Shown one piece after another: positions 62,027 to 64,000 of a stretch of DNA of 64,000 nucleotides. Made by a program: the position numbers and the translations under genes. Origin of the DNA: the human T2T-CHM13v2.0 reference genome, Homo sapiens; NCBI RefSeq assembly GCF_009914755.1, contig NC_060934.1; one strand, given 5' to 3'. The notes below the pieces were generated by a model. It ran no database searches. It was not told where the DNA came from and saw nothing but the letters and a program-made list of their open reading frames with translations. Positions within the stretch are counted from its first letter, which is position 1; every line of letters starts with the position of its first letter.

Positions 62027-62310
62027 ATGACTGAGTAGGGTTTATTTCCAGAATTCAAGGATGGTTTGACATTAAAAAATCAATCAATGTGACTCATTAA
62101 AAAACTATTAAATATACAAGAAAAACCATAAGTTCATCTTCATAAGTACAGATTTTTAAAAATGAAACCTCACTCCCTTTCCTAGTAGAAACAGTCATCT
62201 GGGAATAGAAATGCATTTCTTTAATCTGATAAAAGACATCTGAGAAAAGCCTCCAGCTAACATTATGCTTAATGGTGAAAGAATGATTTTTTTCTAAGTT
62301 TTAGGAGAGG
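62027..62310 (+). mobile_element. L1M ORF2 (RT-region) fragment
   Basis: 'gtagggtttatttccagaattcaaggatggtttgacattaaaaaatcaatcaatgt' resembles the conserved L1 RT 'QVGFIPGMQGWFNI' stretch; degenerate. Confidence 0.7.
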
Positions 62311-62326
62311 GGAAGAGAGAGTGTGA

Positions 62327-62713
<387 letters not shown>

Positions 62714-62733
62714 AGTATCAACAATCTTATATA

Positions 62734-64000
62734 TAGTTATGCATTGTTTAACAACAGGACTATGTTCTGAGAAATGTGTTTTTAAGTGATTTTGTCATTG
62801 TGTAAACATAATAGAGTGTACTTACACAAACCTAGGTGGTATCCCCTCCTACACACCTAGGTTACAAATCTGTACAGCCTGTTATTGTGCTGAATACTGT
62901 AGGGAATTGGAACACAATGGTAGGTATGTGTGTGTCTAAACACACAAAAAAGTTTAGTAAAAATACAGTATAAAAGATAAACAATGGTACACCTGTATAG
63001 GGCACCTACCATGAATGGAGCTTGCAGAACTGGAAGTTGCTCTGGGTGTTTGGTAAGTGAGTGTGTGTGAATGTAAAGGCCTAGGATATTTTTGTACATT
63101 ACTGTATGTTACTACATTACTGTAGACTTTATACACACTGTACACTTAAGCTACACAAATTTATAAAAATATTTTTCTTTTTTTCAGTAATAAATTAAAC
63201 TTACTGATTTAGCTCTGATGAGTGGAGGAACACCATGGTTCTTGTCTTGAGCTGAATTACATAAAATGACACGGACACACATGGAGTGGTTTTAAGGAGC
63301 TGAGAGTTTAATAGGCAAGAGAGAAGTAAGAAGCTCCCTCATACAGAGACAGAGGGAGGGGGGCTCCAAAGCCGAGAGAGGAGACCCCATATGCCACTGA
63401 TACCAGCCAGGTATATGAAGACGCTGGAGGAGGTGGTGTTTGATTTGCATAGAGTTCACGGGATTGGTTTGACCAGGCGTGTCATTCACGTAGCCTGCAA
63501 AACACTGGCTCTCCCACCCTAGCCTTTTAATTTGCAAATGCAGGGCACCGTGATGTTCTACACATGTGGGGTTATGTGGGGGCAGCCATGTTGCCAGGCA
63601 CGTGAGAGGCAAGGGCAAGAAGGCCACGGGAATCACCATGTTTGGGTGGACCCAGTTTCTAATGGCTTGCATTTGCATATCAAAGGTTGCCAGCCTGGCT
63701 CTAAGAGCCAGAGCTTTCCAACTAGACAAGAAATGTTTCTGGAGCTGCTTTAAAAATGAAAAGTTTCCAAGGACCGCTTTCCTCTCTATCTACCTAAAAT
63801 AATTTGTTAATGACTCCTACCATATTACCTTCTGTAAATATTTCACTTTATAATCTTTTTTTTAAACTTATTGGTTCTTTGTCACAACATTTAGCTTAAA
63901 GCACAAACACGTTGTACAGCTGTGCAAAGATATTCTTTCTTTATAACCTTATTCTATACACTTTTCTCTTTTTAACTTAATTTTGTTGTTGTTGTTGTTA
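62734..64000 (+). mobile_element. Tigger3b (MER7B/Golem) DNA transposon, interrupted by an LTR9 copy; runs to the window end
   Basis: 'gttctgagaaatg...agagtgtacttacacaaacctag...gggcacctaccatgaatggagcttgcag' resumes after the LTR as 'ttagcttaaagcacaaacacgttgtacagctgt'. Confidence 0.85.
63205..63824 (-). mobile_element. LTR9-family solo LTR, copy B
   Basis: Homologous to 53932-54526; perfect 4-bp TSD ttac (63201-63204, 63825-63828). Confidence 0.75.

Overview
This is primate (human-like) non-coding genomic DNA, intergenic or deep intronic. I find no supportable protein-coding exon, RNA gene or CRISPR array. The supplied ORFs are short, lie largely inside Alu, LTR or low-complexity sequence, or have no recognisable product. 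The window is a mosaic of about 36 Alu/FLAM copies (J, S and Y subfamilies); solo ERV LTRs, most with readable target-site duplications (TSDs): MER4A, LTR1, two LTR9-family copies, MER51, LTR33 and an LTR79/LTR41-like copy; MaLR elements (THE1B, MSTB, MLT1A/E/F/G/H, one with internal sequence); old L1M, L2 and MIR fragments; DNA-transposon relics (MER5, MADE1, Tigger3b); and microsatellites. Repeat subfamily names come from recalled consensus sequences, not a database search, and many boundaries are approximate. I found no new multi-gene system. The most unusual structures not explained by repeat annotation are locally templated copies of neighbouring sequence: (i) a ~233-bp inverted copy of flanking DNA inserted inside an Alu 23 nt from its 5' end (46908-47141 vs 47776-48014); (ii) a 158-bp ungapped 92%-identical direct copy 2010 bp away (593-750 vs 2603-2760); (iii) a 30-bp doublet 2033 bp apart carrying SOX/homeobox-like motifs; (iv) a 22-bp fold-back inversion inside THE1B. 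Several LTRs also retain promoter or enhancer features (CpG-rich TATA-containing LTR1, octamer-bearing LTR9 copies, a CTCF-like motif).
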